Assembly: GCF_010671605.1 (NCBI RefSeq)
Contig: NZ_JAABOO010000003.1
Coordinates: 311,993-375,992 of the forward strand
DNA from: Leptobacterium flavescens
Lineage (GTDB): Bacteria; Bacteroidota; Bacteroidia; Flavobacteriales; Flavobacteriaceae
Reading direction: 5' to 3'
Length of the DNA stretch: 64,000 nt
Below the pieces are notes generated by a model. The model ran no database searches. It was not told where the DNA came from and worked only from the letters and a program-made list of their open reading frames with translations. Numbering within the stretch: the first letter of the stretch is position 1; each line of letters starts with the position of its first letter. Positions 42,044-51,937 of this stretch are shown piece after piece. The position numbers were made by a program, and so were the translations under genes.

Positions 42044-42080
42044 TGGTAAACCGGGCCTGAAGATATTCGGGCCTGTTTTT

Positions 42081-42560
42081 TTACAGCTCAGAACTGAGTT
42101 CGTTAAGCTTGTCGAAGATCATCTGGCTTTCCCAGCCTCTGTATAACAGGTAGGAGGTAAATTTCTTTTTCCTCAATTGAATATGCTGATCTTTGAGCTG
42201 TTCCCATCGCTTTTCGGAAAGCTCTTCAAAAGTATTGAAATAGTCTTCATTACTGATCTCTTTCATGGCAGAGCGGATATTGAACCTGGAGATGTCGCGA
42301 AACTTAAGCTCCTGTTCTATTCTTTTTCTCCCCCATTTTTTTATGTTGAATTTTCCCCGGGCAAAACTTCTGGCAAACCGCTCTTCATTCAGGTAATTGT
42401 GTTGAATGAGGTGAGTTACTATAAGATCTATAGCTTCCGGGATCATACGCATTTCCTTTAATCTGGCAACAACTTCTTTATGACATCTTTCCTGATAGGC
42501 ACAGAAGGATTCCAGTTTCCTGGTAGCTTCATCAACGGTATATGATCTTGAATTTCTCAC
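42081..42560 (-). CDS. recX: RecX-family regulatory protein
   Basis: About 159 aa of three-helix repeats. …AYQERCHKEVVARLKE… typical RecX. Confidence 0.7.
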   Translation of the reverse strand: MRNSRSYTVDEATRKLESFCAYQERCHKEVVARLKEMRMIPEAIDLIVTHLIQHNYLNEERFARSFARGKFNIKKWGRKRIEQELKFRDISRFNIRSAMKEISNEDYFNTFEELSEKRWEQLKDQHIQLRKKKFTSYLLYRGWESQMIFDKLNELSSEL

Positions 42561-42576
42561 AGGGGCAAAAATAAAA

Positions 42577-42602
42577 AAACCACGCCATAAGCGTGGTTTT
42601 TT
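42577..42602 (-). terminator. Intrinsic terminator for rng (minus strand)
   Basis: On the minus strand: ccacgcttatggcgtgg followed by ttttttt. Confidence 0.65.
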
Positions 42603-44147
42603 CTATTTTAAAACGGCACCGTCATTATCTTTAAAACGGTACTCTAAATACGTGTAAGCATCTCTGGGTAAGACTTTAACCCATTTTTTGTGTTCTAAGA
42701 ACCACTTAGAACGAATGGATGGAAATCCTTTGGTTAGGTAAGCTGCGATAAAGGGATGTGTATTTAATACAAGCCCGTTGCCGCTTCGCTTATTTTGAAT
42801 AATTTTTTCCAGATCGGAAGTAATCTGATCAATAATTAATATCGGTGCATCTATTTCACCGTTTCCGTTCGGATCTTCCTCACGGGTCTTGATATTTCTT
42901 TCCGGTCTGACTCTTTGTCTAGTAATTTGTATAAGGCCAAATTTACTCGGCGGTAATATTTTGTGCTTCGCTCTGTCATCTTTCATAACTTCTCTAAGAT
43001 GATCGTAGAGCTTTCTTCTGTTTTCGGAGGTTGACATATCGATAAAATCAATAACGATAATACCACCCATATCCCGAAGTCTGAGTTGTCTCGCAATTTC
43101 GGTTGCAGCAATGAGGTTTACCTCCAGGGCTGTACCTTCCTGCGTTTTTGCTTTATTCGATCGGTTTCCGCTATTCACGTCTATTACGTGAAGGGCTTCG
43201 GTATGCTCTATAATTAAATAGGCACCCTTACTCATAGAAACCGTTTTTCCAAACGAAGTCTTTATTTGCCTTTCAATTCCGAACTTCTCAAAGATCGGCA
43301 TTGAAGCCTTGTACAATTTTACTATAGATTCTTTTTCTGGTGCAATTTCCTGCACATAATCTTTAATTTGATAATAAAGCGTTTCGTCATCTACGTGTAT
43401 TCCGGTGAATGAGTCATTAAAAACATCTCTTAATATGGATGCTGCTCTATTCAGCTCACTTAACACTTTTGACGGGTACTCCGCTTTGTAGATTTTTTTA
43501 CACATGGCGGTCCATCTATTGACCAGGTTGTGTAAATCTCTGTCCAGTTCTGCGACTTTTTTGCCTTCTGCAACGGTACGAACTATAACTCCAAAGCCTT
43601 TCGGTTTAATACTTTGGACTAACCTTTTTAAACGATCCTTCTCTTCTTTGTCTTCTATTTTCTGTGAAATAGAGATCCTTTCGGAGAAAGGTACAAGAAC
43701 CAGATAACGCCCGGCAATAGATAATTCCGAACTGATTCGCGGTCCTTTTGTAGAAATAGGTTCTTTTACAATTTGTACCAATATAGACTGATTGGCTTTT
43801 AAAGCATCTGAGATGATACCATCTTTGTCTATATCTTTTTCAAATGGGAAGTCTTTCAGACTATAGTCTCTTAGTTTACCTGTGCTTACACGTTTTACGA
43901 ATTTTAACAAAGAAGGGAGTTTTGGCCCCAGGTCGTGATAATGTAAAAAGGCGTCTTTTTCATATCCGACATTTACGAAGGCTGCATTTAAACCGGCAAC
44001 GGGTTTCCTTATTTTTGCCAGCATGATATCGCCGACGGAAAAACCGTTACTGTCTTCTTCCTTGTGTAATTCTATTAGTTTTCCATCCTTAAGTAAGGCA
44101 AAATCAACCTCAGAGGAACCAGATCTAACAATTAATTCTTTATTCAC
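42603..44147 (-). CDS. rng: Ribonuclease G/E family (Rne/Rng)
   Basis: S1 domain N-terminus, DNase I-like catalytic core. 514 aa. Confidence 0.85.
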   Translation of the reverse strand: MNKELIVRSGSSEVDFALLKDGKLIELHKEEDSNGFSVGDIMLAKIRKPVAGLNAAFVNVGYEKDAFLHYHDLGPKLPSLLKFVKRVSTGKLRDYSLKDFPFEKDIDKDGIISDALKANQSILVQIVKEPISTKGPRISSELSIAGRYLVLVPFSERISISQKIEDKEEKDRLKRLVQSIKPKGFGVIVRTVAEGKKVAELDRDLHNLVNRWTAMCKKIYKAEYPSKVLSELNRAASILRDVFNDSFTGIHVDDETLYYQIKDYVQEIAPEKESIVKLYKASMPIFEKFGIERQIKTSFGKTVSMSKGAYLIIEHTEALHVIDVNSGNRSNKAKTQEGTALEVNLIAATEIARQLRLRDMGGIIVIDFIDMSTSENRRKLYDHLREVMKDDRAKHKILPPSKFGLIQITRQRVRPERNIKTREEDPNGNGEIDAPILIIDQITSDLEKIIQNKRSGNGLVLNTHPFIAAYLTKGFPSIRSKWFLEHKKWVKVLPRDAYTYLEYRFKDNDGAVLK

Positions 44148-44423
44148 TCTGAATCAATTTGTATCCATACAGCATTGTGTACAGATGGATTAAACAATAA
44201 TTTTCACAGGATTTTTTATCCCGACGGAACTCTGCTGCTAAACAGCGTTCCTATTTCAATGAACGTTAATTTTTTAAATAGAAAAAGTAGTTAGTGGCAA
44301 CTACTTTTTCTTGTGGCGGTTAGCTCTTCTTCTTTTTTTACGCTTGTGCGTGGCTACCTTATGTCTTTTTCTTTTTTTACCGCTTGGCATATTAAATAGT
44401 TTAACTTATTACTATATGATTGA

Positions 44424-44714
44424 TTACTTTACTTCAACATTACTCTTAACACCTTCAACAAAGACTTTTGCAGGTTTGAATGCCGGAATATTGTGTGCCG
44501 GGATCTTAATAGTAGTGTTTTTTGAAATATTCCTACCTGTTTTTTCAGCTCTTGTTTTGATAATGAAGCTTCCGAAACCACGTAAATATACGTTATCTCC
44601 GCTTTCTAATGAATTTTTTACTTCATCCATAAAAGATTCTACCGTTGCTTGCACATCACCTTTTTCCATTCCAAGCTTTTCTGAAATCTTTGCTACAATG
44701 TCTGCTTTCGTCAT
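44424..44714 (-). CDS. HU-family DNA-binding protein
   Basis: MTKADIVAKISEKLGM…GFGSF…R.GRNP-like arm. 96 aa. Confidence 0.9.
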   Translation of the reverse strand: MTKADIVAKISEKLGMEKGDVQATVESFMDEVKNSLESGDNVYLRGFGSFIIKTRAEKTGRNISKNTTIKIPAHNIPAFKPAKVFVEGVKSNVEVK

Positions 44715-44847
44715 TTTTCTATATGTTTTGTTTTACTATATTAAATTTAGGGGTTGCAAATATATAAATTAATTGAACATAATTTAAAGCCTAATTGATT
44801 AAAATTTAACCATATAAACTTTTAATTTTGGTTTTTCAATTTTAAAG

Positions 44848-45885
44848 ATGACTTTCAACAAAATAATAAGCCACTGGTATCGCAAAAATAAACGCGATTT
44901 ACCGTGGAGAAAAACCAGGGATCCATACCGTATCTGGCTGTCTGAAATCATGTTACAGCAAACCCGGGTGGAACAGGGACTTCCCTATTATCTTAAGTTT
45001 GTTGATCACTATCCCACCATCAAACATCTGGCAGATGCACCCGAAGATGAGGTCCTGAAGCTGTGGCAGGGACTGGGATATTACTCCAGAGCAAGGAATC
45101 TGCACGCTACTGCACGTCATGTTACCTATGAATTGAATGAAAATTTTCCTTCTACCTATAGCGAGATCATAAAATTAAAGGGAGTGGGCGATTATACCGC
45201 CAGTGCCATTGCCTCCATATGTTTTGACGAAGCTACTCCGGTAGTGGACGGGAACGTATACCGGGTCCTGGCAAGGTATTTTAATGTAGACATCCCCATT
45301 AACAGTACGGAAGGGATAAAATACTTTAAGCAATTGGCCACAGAACTTATAGATAGGGAACAGCCCGCAGAATACAATCAGGCCATTATGGAATTCGGGG
45401 CCAGGCAGTGTAAACCCCAGAGCCCGGATTGCGGCATCTGCCCGTTAAATAACAGTTGCGGAGCCCTGGCGGAAAAGAGAATAAAGGAATTGCCCGTAAA
45501 GATCAGAAAGGGAAAAATAAGGAACAGATATTTTAATTACCTGGTCATGACCGATAAAGATTCAACCCTGCTGGAACAGCGGAAACAAAAGGATATCTGG
45601 CAAAGCCTTTATCAGTTCCCCCTTATTGAAGATGCCAGGGAACTGGAAGAAAAGGATATAGTATCTCATAACCGGTTTTTAGAGCTGATGGGAAACAGGG
45701 AATACGATATCTCGCTTTACAATAAGGAAGCCATCGTTCATAAATTGTCTCATCAGCATATACATACCAGATTCTGGATCGTGCATTTGCAGGGTACCCT
45801 GGATAACGGGATCAAATCTTCAAGAATTAAAGAGTACGCTGTCCCTGTTCTGATAGCGAATTTTGTTGAAGAATACAGTTTTTAA
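44848..45885 (+). CDS. mutY: A/G-specific adenine DNA glycosylase
   Basis: HhH-GPD. 4Fe-4S Cys cluster CKPQSPDCGICPLNNSC. NUDIX-like C-terminus. Confidence 0.9.
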   Translation: MTFNKIISHWYRKNKRDLPWRKTRDPYRIWLSEIMLQQTRVEQGLPYYLKFVDHYPTIKHLADAPEDEVLKLWQGLGYYSRARNLHATARHVTYELNENFPSTYSEIIKLKGVGDYTASAIASICFDEATPVVDGNVYRVLARYFNVDIPINSTEGIKYFKQLATELIDREQPAEYNQAIMEFGARQCKPQSPDCGICPLNNSCGALAEKRIKELPVKIRKGKIRNRYFNYLVMTDKDSTLLEQRKQKDIWQSLYQFPLIEDARELEEKDIVSHNRFLELMGNREYDISLYNKEAIVHKLSHQHIHTRFWIVHLQGTLDNGIKSSRIKEYAVPVLIANFVEEYSF

Positions 45886-45928
45886 TGTGTGTAAATTTTA
45901 GTACATTTGATTAAAACAGAATTGTATT

Positions 45929-46396
45929 ATGAGTGGAACATTAAACAAGGTAATGCTTATTGGGCATTTGGGAGATGATGTAAAGATGCATTATTTTGAA
46001 GGAGGAAACTCGGTTGGGCGTTTTCCACTTGCAACCAATGAGACCTATACCAACAGACAAACAGGCGAGCGGGTAACAAATACCGAATGGCACAATGTTG
46101 TGGTTCGTAACAAAGCCGCCGAAATTTGTGAGAAATATTTAAGCAAAGGCGATAAGATATATGTAGAAGGCAGGCTTAAGACCCGACAATGGCAGGGAGA
46201 AGACGGAAACACCAGATATTCTACGGAAATTCACGTTACCGACTTCACCTTTTTAAGTACGAAGGCAGAATCCCAGCAGAATGCTATGCAAACCGGTACT
46301 CGTCAGCAGGATCCGGCAACATCCGAACAACCACAATCGACTCCCAAGAAGGATACATTTGTAGCTCCGGAGGAGGAAGATGATCTGCCGTTCTAA
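45929..46396 (+). CDS. ssb: Single-stranded DNA-binding protein
   Basis: OB fold. Gly/Gln-rich tail ending DDLPF. Confidence 0.9.
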   Translation: MSGTLNKVMLIGHLGDDVKMHYFEGGNSVGRFPLATNETYTNRQTGERVTNTEWHNVVVRNKAAEICEKYLSKGDKIYVEGRLKTRQWQGEDGNTRYSTEIHVTDFTFLSTKAESQQNAMQTGTRQQDPATSEQPQSTPKKDTFVAPEEEDDLPF

Positions 46397-46419
46397 AAGT
46401 TTAACTAAAACCCAAACAT

Positions 46420-47730
46420 TTGGACCCGGAACCCTCGAGTTTACTATTTATTTCCCTTAGTTCTATAGACAGTACTGCTGTTTTAAAATTTGGCGTGCTT
46501 TTTATTTTATTGGTATGCTCTGCGCTGATATCCGGGGCAGAAGTTGCCTTTTTCTCTTTTTCTCAGACCGATATTAACGAAGAAGAGGCATCCGGAACTT
46601 CCAGAGGAAAAATAATTGTAAACCTTCTCAGGAAACCTAAAAAACTCCTGGCTACCATCCTTGTTGCCAATAATTTTATCAATATAGCCGTTGTCTTGCT
46701 TTTCAGCTCCCTGGGAGATTATTTATTCGGGAATATACAAAGCGGGGAACTGCGTTTTCTGGCGGAGGTAGTTGTGGCTACTTTCCTGATCTTGCTCTTC
46801 GGGGAAATACTTCCCAAGGTATACGCAAGCAGGAACAAGATAAAATTTGCACATTTTATGGCTTATCCTCTGAATGTGCTGGACAAGGTATTTGTCCTCT
46901 TTAATGTTCCTATGAGATCGGTGACTATTTTTCTTCAGGATAAGCTCGGGAAACAGAAATCCAATTTATCGGTAGACCAGCTTTCACATGCACTGGAGCT
47001 TACTTCAGACGGAGATACTACCAAAGAGGAGCAAAAGATCCTGAAGGGGATCGTTTCTTTCGGAAATACCGATACCCGGCAGGTGATGCGTCCGCGGATA
47101 GATATTTTTGCATTGAATGAGGAGGCTAAATTCTCCGAGATCATGCCTGAGATCATCAAGAAAGGATATTCGCGTATCCCGGTATATAAAGACAATGTAG
47201 ATGCCGTTACCGGTGTGCTTTATGTAAAGGACCTTTTACCCCACCTGGATAAAAAAAGCTTCGATTGGGTCAAGCTGAAAAGAGGACCTTATTTTGTACC
47301 CGAGAACAAGAAACTGGATGACCTGCTGAAGGAATTCCAGGAAATGAAAAGTCACCTTGCTATTGTTGTCGATGAATACGGAGGTACTTCCGGACTGGTG
47401 ACCCTCGAAGATATTATAGAAGAAATTGTGGGTGATATCAGTGATGAATTTGATGATGAAGATCTTATTTTCTCCAAAATAGACGACTATAATTATGTTT
47501 TTGAAGGGAAAACGGCTCTAAAAGACTTTTACCGGGTGATGAAACTGGAAGACGAGTCGGATTTTGAAGAACAGAAGGGTGAATCCGAAACCATTGCCGG
47601 TTTTGTTCTCGAAATAGCCGGAAGCTTTCCCAAACGGGGGGATAAAATAAATTTTGAAAATTATACGTTTACAGTAGAAGCTTTAGACAGAAAGCGTATT
47701 AAACAAATAAAAGTGACATTTACACCATGA
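46420..47730 (+). CDS. gldE: Gliding motility protein GldE (DUF21-CBS-CorC family)
   Basis: DUF21 TM domain, CBS pair, CorC_HlyC C-terminus. Conserved mutY-ssb-gldE-gldD order. Confidence 0.75.
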   Translation: MDPEPSSLLFISLSSIDSTAVLKFGVLFILLVCSALISGAEVAFFSFSQTDINEEEASGTSRGKIIVNLLRKPKKLLATILVANNFINIAVVLLFSSLGDYLFGNIQSGELRFLAEVVVATFLILLFGEILPKVYASRNKIKFAHFMAYPLNVLDKVFVLFNVPMRSVTIFLQDKLGKQKSNLSVDQLSHALELTSDGDTTKEEQKILKGIVSFGNTDTRQVMRPRIDIFALNEEAKFSEIMPEIIKKGYSRIPVYKDNVDAVTGVLYVKDLLPHLDKKSFDWVKLKRGPYFVPENKKLDDLLKEFQEMKSHLAIVVDEYGGTSGLVTLEDIIEEIVGDISDEFDDEDLIFSKIDDYNYVFEGKTALKDFYRVMKLEDESDFEEQKGESETIAGFVLEIAGSFPKRGDKINFENYTFTVEALDRKRIKQIKVTFTP

Positions 47731-48278
47731 TACAACGCCTGGTTTTTCTATTTCTGGCCATCCTTTTCTTTTCGTGCAAGAATGATACCCTTCCGAAACC
47801 CAAAGCAATGTTGCGTTTGGAGTATCCGAGACCGTATTACAAAGCTATGGAAAACCCATGCCCTTTTGGTTTTGAAGTTAATGAAATAGCCAGATTAAAG
47901 GGCAATGCGGACTGCCAGATGGAAATTGAATACCCGAAATTAAAGGCAACCATTCATATTACCTACAGGGAAGTAAAAAATAACATTGACAGCCTGTTAA
48001 GGGATGCGCAAAAGCTTACCTACGAACATGTGGTGAAGGCAGATGATATAGCAGAACAGCCCTTTATAAATGAAGATTTCAACACCTACGGAATGCTGTA
48101 CGAAGTAGGAGGTAATGCAGCTTCCCAGTCGCAGTTCTATATCACAGACAGCAGCAGGCATTTCCTGACCGGATCTTTGTACTTCTATTCCAAACCCAAT
48201 TACGATTCCATTCTTCCGGCAGCAGCCTATGTTAAGAATGACATCCGAAGGTTGATGGAATCCCTGCAATGGAAATAA
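47727..48278 (+). CDS. gldD: Gliding motility lipoprotein GldD
   Basis: Lipobox FFSCKND. About 183 aa. Start overlaps the gldE stop. Confidence 0.7.
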   Translation: MIQRLVFLFLAILFFSCKNDTLPKPKAMLRLEYPRPYYKAMENPCPFGFEVNEIARLKGNADCQMEIEYPKLKATIHITYREVKNNIDSLLRDAQKLTYEHVVKADDIAEQPFINEDFNTYGMLYEVGGNAASQSQFYITDSSRHFLTGSLYFYSKPNYDSILPAAAYVKNDIRRLMESLQWK

Positions 48279-48279
48279 G

Positions 48280-49017
48280 CTATCGCTTTCTTTTCCTTAC
48301 AAACCACCTGGAGCTTATAATAAACAGGGCAAAACCTGAGAGGATGGTAAAGATCCCGAAAATAGAAAATGCCCTCAGCAGGTAGTTGTTAAAGTTATCC
48401 CGCTCCTGATAATCCATAGTATGTAGCATCCACAGGAAATCAAAAACACGCCATTTGGTGCTTCTGAAACTCTGTACGGTACCCAATTCACTGGAAACAT
48501 ATACGGTTGTATTGACCGGCTCACTAAAGGTTACTGCGTAGGCAGGAAGAGGCTTTTCCCGGTACTCATGATGTTTTCCGGTAGCTTCCAGGTATTTGGT
48601 CTCTATAACATCGGCTTCCTTGTTTAATTTGGTCCTTGCTACCTCTATGGCTTCCTCTCCGCTTAACGGAGGCCTGAGCTCTCCGGTTTGGGCATCGATC
48701 AGTTTTATATGCTTTTCCTTACCCGAATAATAGATCATCTGATAAAAATGCCTTTCGAGTATTTTTTTGAGTTGAATGGAGGCGATAGAATCCGAAGCTT
48801 TCAGGAATTCTGAGCTCGCTTCCGTGGGAGAGACCAGGGATATGTTTGCTGCCAGCAGCGGATCTTCCTTTTTTAAGTTGTCTCCTCTTATATCTTCTAT
48901 GTTGGTCCAGCTGAAGTAGAGGCCTCCGGCCGTCCACAGTAAAAACTGTATGCCTAAAACTACTCCTAAATATCTGTGTGATTTACGAATAAACCGATTG
49001 CGTTTTACTTTATTCAT
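48280..49017 (-). CDS. PepSY-associated TM-helix protein
   Basis: N-terminal TM, periplasmic PepSY-like region, C-terminal TM. Confidence 0.55.
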   Translation of the reverse strand: MNKVKRNRFIRKSHRYLGVVLGIQFLLWTAGGLYFSWTNIEDIRGDNLKKEDPLLAANISLVSPTEASSEFLKASDSIASIQLKKILERHFYQMIYYSGKEKHIKLIDAQTGELRPPLSGEEAIEVARTKLNKEADVIETKYLEATGKHHEYREKPLPAYAVTFSEPVNTTVYVSSELGTVQSFRSTKWRVFDFLWMLHTMDYQERDNFNNYLLRAFSIFGIFTILSGFALFIISSRWFVRKRKR

Positions 49018-49070
49018 TGTGTTGAAGCTTAGAAAAACCCTCCGGAATAGCCCGGAGGATCTCTTTAAAG

Positions 49071-50093
49071 TTATTTAAATGCATATTGAAGTCCAAATGT
49101 CAGGGTCTCTTTTCGCTTTAGCTGAAAGCCATTAAGATCCTGATAAAGAGGGAAAGCAAACTCAAAACCGAAACGCAGGTTTTTAAGTGCTCCCTTAGGA
49201 ACATAGGTGTTAAATCCAATACCCGAATTAACAAAGGTTCCACCCGAATTATCGGTATCTGCCGTAATCACCATGGCGGGATTTAAAGCAGGGTTTAGCC
49301 CGTTTATCTCTCCGGTTATCAATCCCTGTACCCTGGCAGAAAAACTCAACCAGTTCGTAGCCTTAACCGCTACCCAGTTATTGCTTTCATAACGATTTCC
49401 CAGTCGATACTCATTGTCGTTGGTTCCGGTTCGGAGCAGGGTCCTGAGCTGAGATCCGAAAGAAAAGAGATCGGTTTGTGCAAGATAGGTGAGTGCCAGA
49501 GAAAAATCCCAGGTACCACTACCGATCTGCATTGGGTAAGGCAAAATAACCGAATTGGGAGCCGAAGCGGGGATCACATCTTCTTCATCTATGCTCCCTG
49601 TGGGAATGGAGAGTCCTCCCTCGGCATGCAATTGCTGCCTGTTCCGGTTAAAGAACTTATAGAAAGCAGATACTTTGGTGTCTCCAATACCCGAGGAGCT
49701 GGTAGTAAAAGTACCGCCCATACGGGTAACGTGATCCATTTCCTGAGAGATATAATTCCCCATGACCATTAGGGTAACCCTGTTACTCGGAGCATACATT
49801 ACTCCCAGCATATGCATATTCATCGGCATACTGGTGGGAGTTACCATATATTCTGCCAGAGCTGCAGAAAAGGGAACATCATCACTTCCCAGTTTCAGAT
49901 CTTCCATATTCATATACATATAGCGGTAAGATACCATCCATTCGCCTTTCCCGTGGGTATGGTCTCCCATAACGGATATGGGGGCGTGTCCGTCCGGCCT
50001 CGAACCGGACCATTTTTGATCTTTGTTTTCATTTTCCTGGGCATAGATCATGCCTGTTGCCAATAGGATAATGGCAAGATAAATTTTTTTCAT
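49071..50093 (-). CDS. Outer-membrane beta-barrel 'transporter' family protein, Met/His-rich (possible Cu/metal handling)
   Basis: Signal peptide. MGDHTHGKGEWMVSYRYMYMNM and MPMNMHMLGVM motifs. C-terminal aromatic residue. Confidence 0.45.
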   Translation of the reverse strand: MKKIYLAIILLATGMIYAQENENKDQKWSGSRPDGHAPISVMGDHTHGKGEWMVSYRYMYMNMEDLKLGSDDVPFSAALAEYMVTPTSMPMNMHMLGVMYAPSNRVTLMVMGNYISQEMDHVTRMGGTFTTSSSGIGDTKVSAFYKFFNRNRQQLHAEGGLSIPTGSIDEEDVIPASAPNSVILPYPMQIGSGTWDFSLALTYLAQTDLFSFGSQLRTLLRTGTNDNEYRLGNRYESNNWVAVKATNWLSFSARVQGLITGEINGLNPALNPAMVITADTDNSGGTFVNSGIGFNTYVPKGALKNLRFGFEFAFPLYQDLNGFQLKRKETLTFGLQYAFK

Positions 50094-50163
50094 CCTGATT
50101 TAGATAAATGGTTAAAGTTGAAATAATAAATTTTGAGAAGAGTCTTCTCAAGGCGGTATTTAT

Positions 50164-50553
50164 CTATACTCCGGCCGGGGGATGAAAGATCTCTCCGGAA
50201 AAGATCAGAGCGTAATTATTGAGGTAGATCGATCCCGTTTTTTGGACCGGTATTTTATTTTGCGGTTGAAAATCCAATAATTCAACAAAACCTATGGGGT
50301 AATCCCTGAGGTCGATAGCGGGCAGGTTCTGTTTTTTCTCTTCAGACTGGGCTTTCAGCTGCCTGAACATATAACATTTCCCGTTGCATTTAAGCTCCGG
50401 CCTGTCCTGGTTAATACAGAGGAATTCGGCTATGTAATCCTGGTTGATGATATATGTGAATACAGGGGCTACCGGACGAAGCATCGCCGTCATATAGAGT
50501 ATCGTAAAGAAAAGTGATCCAAACGAATTCATCCGGAAAGGTTGTTCCTGCAA
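50164..50553 (-). CDS. Hypothetical small membrane-anchored protein (CNGKC motif)
   Basis: First gene of a three-gene minus-strand set. The true start is probably the internal Met (MNSFGSLFF…). Confidence 0.3.
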   Translation of the reverse strand: MQEQPFRMNSFGSLFFTILYMTAMLRPVAPVFTYIINQDYIAEFLCINQDRPELKCNGKCYMFRQLKAQSEEKKQNLPAIDLRDYPIGFVELLDFQPQNKIPVQKTGSIYLNNYALIFSGEIFHPPAGV

Positions 50554-50697
50554 AATTACGATATTGGGCCCGAAAAAAACAGTTTTTCCGTGTTTTAAAC
50601 TATAAAATTTATATATGGTTTTATAACAAAATTTAAGTAAAAAGAATAGTTAATACTCGATTAAAAATCAGATTTTTGCATTTTCAACTTTAATTCT

Positions 50698-51585
50698 ATG
50701 AACAGACAACAGGCTAAATGGTTTTACCTAATTATTCTATCGTTAATCTGGGGAAGCTCATTTATCCTTATCAAAAAGTCACTCATAGGCTTAACACCCA
50801 TACAGGTAGGGGCACTCCGCATCATAATTACAGCTATTTTTCTTTTTATGGCTGGGACCAAAACCCTGAAAGAGATCAAAAAGGAGCACTGGAAATGGAT
50901 TGCCTGGTCCGGTTTTTTAGGTTCATTCTTTCCGCCTTTCCTGTTTGCCGTTGCGCAAACCGAGTTGGACAGTGCTATTGCATCTATTCTTAATTCCCTT
51001 ACTCCGTTAAATACTACGATCTCCGGAATATTACTGTTCGGTATTATCGTAACCCGGAGACAGATATGGGGTGTTGTTCTGGGGCTACTCGGAACCGTTA
51101 TCCTGATCGCAAAGGGAGCAGAGTTCAATCCGGATCAGAATTATTGGTATAGCACCCTTATCATTGTTTCATCTGTAGGTTACGCCCTCAATGTGAATAT
51201 CCTTAAAAAATACCTCCAGGGATTAAGTGCTTTGAGCATTGCCGTGGGGAATTTTCTGGTTATACTGGTTCCCGCTATCATTGTATTGATAAGCACCGGT
51301 TTCTTCATTACGGTCTTTTCTAACCCGGAAATGCATACCGGCCTTGTTTATGTGGTGGTACTATCGCTTTTCGGAACAGCTATTGCCAAGGTACTTTTCA
51401 ATAAACTCGTAAGTGTTGCGAGTCCTGTCTTTGCGTCTTCGGTTACCTATACCATGCCGTTGATGGCTATCTTCTGGGGGGTACTGGACGGAGAATCCCT
51501 GAGTGTTTACCAGCTTATCGGCGGGGTGATCATTTTACTGGGGGTTTATCTGGCCAATAAGAAGAATGGGAATAATAATAAGTAG
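50698..51585 (+). CDS. DMT-superfamily (EamA) transporter
   Basis: 10 TM helices, two EamA repeats. Confidence 0.8.
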   Translation: MNRQQAKWFYLIILSLIWGSSFILIKKSLIGLTPIQVGALRIIITAIFLFMAGTKTLKEIKKEHWKWIAWSGFLGSFFPPFLFAVAQTELDSAIASILNSLTPLNTTISGILLFGIIVTRRQIWGVVLGLLGTVILIAKGAEFNPDQNYWYSTLIIVSSVGYALNVNILKKYLQGLSALSIAVGNFLVILVPAIIVLISTGFFITVFSNPEMHTGLVYVVVLSLFGTAIAKVLFNKLVSVASPVFASSVTYTMPLMAIFWGVLDGESLSVYQLIGGVIILLGVYLANKKNGNNNK

Positions 51586-51627
51586 GGGTTGTTGGTTGTT
51601 AGTTGATGGTTATTAGTAATTAGTTAC

Positions 51628-51800
51628 TAAAATTGTCATTGACTGCGTCGAATCTTCGATTTCCGCACTTGTTGCGGAATCCATTCTGGTTATGAGAAAG
51701 ATTCCTGCCTACCGGTAGGCCCTCCTTTTCTTTCGACTTGCGCCTCCGCTATAGCTTCAGCGGCACGCGGGCGCTCAGGATGACAGGAGGGGGATTTTAT
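51628..51800 (-). repeat. Structured intergenic repeat element, copy B (inverted orientation, with an extra internal hairpin insert)
   Basis: Reverse complement aligns with 11383-11562 over both the 5' module (ccctcctgtcatcctgagcg…aaaaggaggg) and the 3' module (gaatggattccgcaacaagtgcggaaatcgaagattcgacgcagtcaatgacaatttt). Confidence 0.8.
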
Positions 51801-51937
51801 ATATACGACACTCAAAAATTCCTTCCCTTTTGAAGGGAAGGTGGCTTTAACGCAGTTAAAGACGGAAGGGTTAAATAACTCCCGGAGACTTGTTATTCAG
51901 TTTAAAAAGAAATGTTATTCAACTCAACAAGAAAGGT

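Noticed and set aside
44311-44772. 153-aa + strand ORF overlapping the HU gene
   Set aside because: The opposite strand encodes a textbook HU protein. The + strand product is hydrophobic low-complexity with no motif.
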